From: an uncultured Christensenellaceae bacterium
GTDB taxonomy: Bacteria > Bacillota > Clostridia > Christensenellales > Pumilibacteraceae
Direction: 5' to 3'
Assembly (NCBI GenBank): GCA_910587025.1
Contig: CAJUKR010000003.1
Span: 116-64,115, forward strand
DNA: 64,000 nucleotides
A program made the translations under genes and the position numbers. The stretch's first letter is position 1. Each line of letters opens with the position of its first letter. The notes under the pieces are model-generated. The model ran no database searches. It was not told where the DNA came from and saw only the letters and a list, made by a program, of their open reading frames with translations. Positions 63,451 through 64,000 of this stretch are shown here, one piece after another.

Positions 63451-64000
63451 ATGACGATTGCCGAAGTAATACTCATAGCCGTCGGACTTGCTATGGACGC
63501 GCTTGCCGTGTCGCTGTGCAAAGGGCTTGCCGACGGAAAAATCAAAATTAAAAATATGCTGATATGCGGTGCGTGGTTCGGCATTTTTCAGGCGGTTATG
63601 CCGCTTATCGGATTTTCGCTCGCATCGATCTTTTCTGATAATATAAGGTTTATTACGCCCTGGATATCCTTTGCGCTGCTTTTGCTCCTCGGTGTTAAGA
63701 TGATCGTCGAGGCGATAAAGGAACGCAAAAGTTTGAGCGAAGACAAATCGGACTACGGTTTTACTACAATGTTTTTGCTTGCGGTCGCAACGTCGATCGA
63801 CGCGCTTGCCGTCGGCGTTACTTTCGCTTTCAACGGCGCGACGTTCGATATAACCGTGGCGAATAATATCTGGCTTTATATAACGATAATAGGCGCGGCG
63901 ACGTTCGCAATAGCCGCGGCGGGAAATGCGGTCGGCTCGGTACTCGGAGCTGTAATAGGACTTAAGTTCAAATTTTTCGCCGGGCTTCTCGGCGGCGTCA
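63451..64000 (+). CDS. mntP: manganese efflux pump MntP (3' end runs off the window)
   Basis: Not in the ORF track because it has no stop inside the window. Translation from the ATG at 63451 gives 'MTIAEVILIAVGLAMDALAVSLCKGL...FLLAVATSIDALAVGVTFAF', which carries the duplicated 'DA(L/F)AV' MntP motif. Confidence 0.85.
   Translation, partial: MTIAEVILIAVGLAMDALAVSLCKGLADGKIKIKNMLICGAWFGIFQAVMPLIGFSLASIFSDNIRFITPWISFALLLLLGVKMIVEAIKERKSLSEDKSDYGFTTMFLLAVATSIDALAVGVTFAFNGATFDITVANNIWLYITIIGAATFAIAAAGNAVGSVLGAVIGLKFKFFAGLLGGV

Overview
The window is a 64-kb chromosomal segment from a Firmicutes/Clostridia-like bacterium. It has moderate GC, GC-rich third codon positions, AT-rich intergenic DNA, and sigma-A promoters close to TTGACA-17-TATAAT. 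By eye I found no rRNA, tRNA, CRISPR array, transposase, integrase or prophage genes. Most of it is densely packed housekeeping: ung, acpP, ileS, proS, metK, a murC-like gene, mgsA, leuA behind a Leu T-box, rplU-rpmA, recD2, fhs, glnS, a short alaS, asd-dapA behind a lysine riboswitch, dapB and mntP. A roughly 15-kb same-strand run (41.1-56.2 kb) reads tsaC, LMW phosphatase, rpiB, a complete nine-gene V/A-type ATPase operon, a DUF1385-PrmC fusion, prfA, a QueH-CoaE fusion and a lytic transglycosylase. The part that looks accessory and functionally unassigned lies at 26.3-37.3 kb. It holds an AgrC-like kinase with a LytTR regulator, a small membrane protein, a domain-permuted GH3 anchored at both ends, a lipoprotein with three Cys/His-rich repeats plus a CBM-like domain, and a 1322-aa MacB-type fused ABC ATPase/FtsX permease with an extracytoplasmic domain of about 825 aa. 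The first and last units of this block share a promoter module with a G8 tract inside the -35/-10 spacer; these are the only two G8 runs I found. I rank this block as the best candidate for an undescribed system. Other points worth a second look are a WYL regulator next to a polytopic protein with a degenerate M28 peptidase domain, four promoters that abut start codons (candidate leaderless mRNAs), the two gene fusions, the truncated AlaRS, and an L27 N-terminal extension with no adjacent Prp protease gene. All family calls rest on motifs read by eye from the ORF translations. No database search was run.
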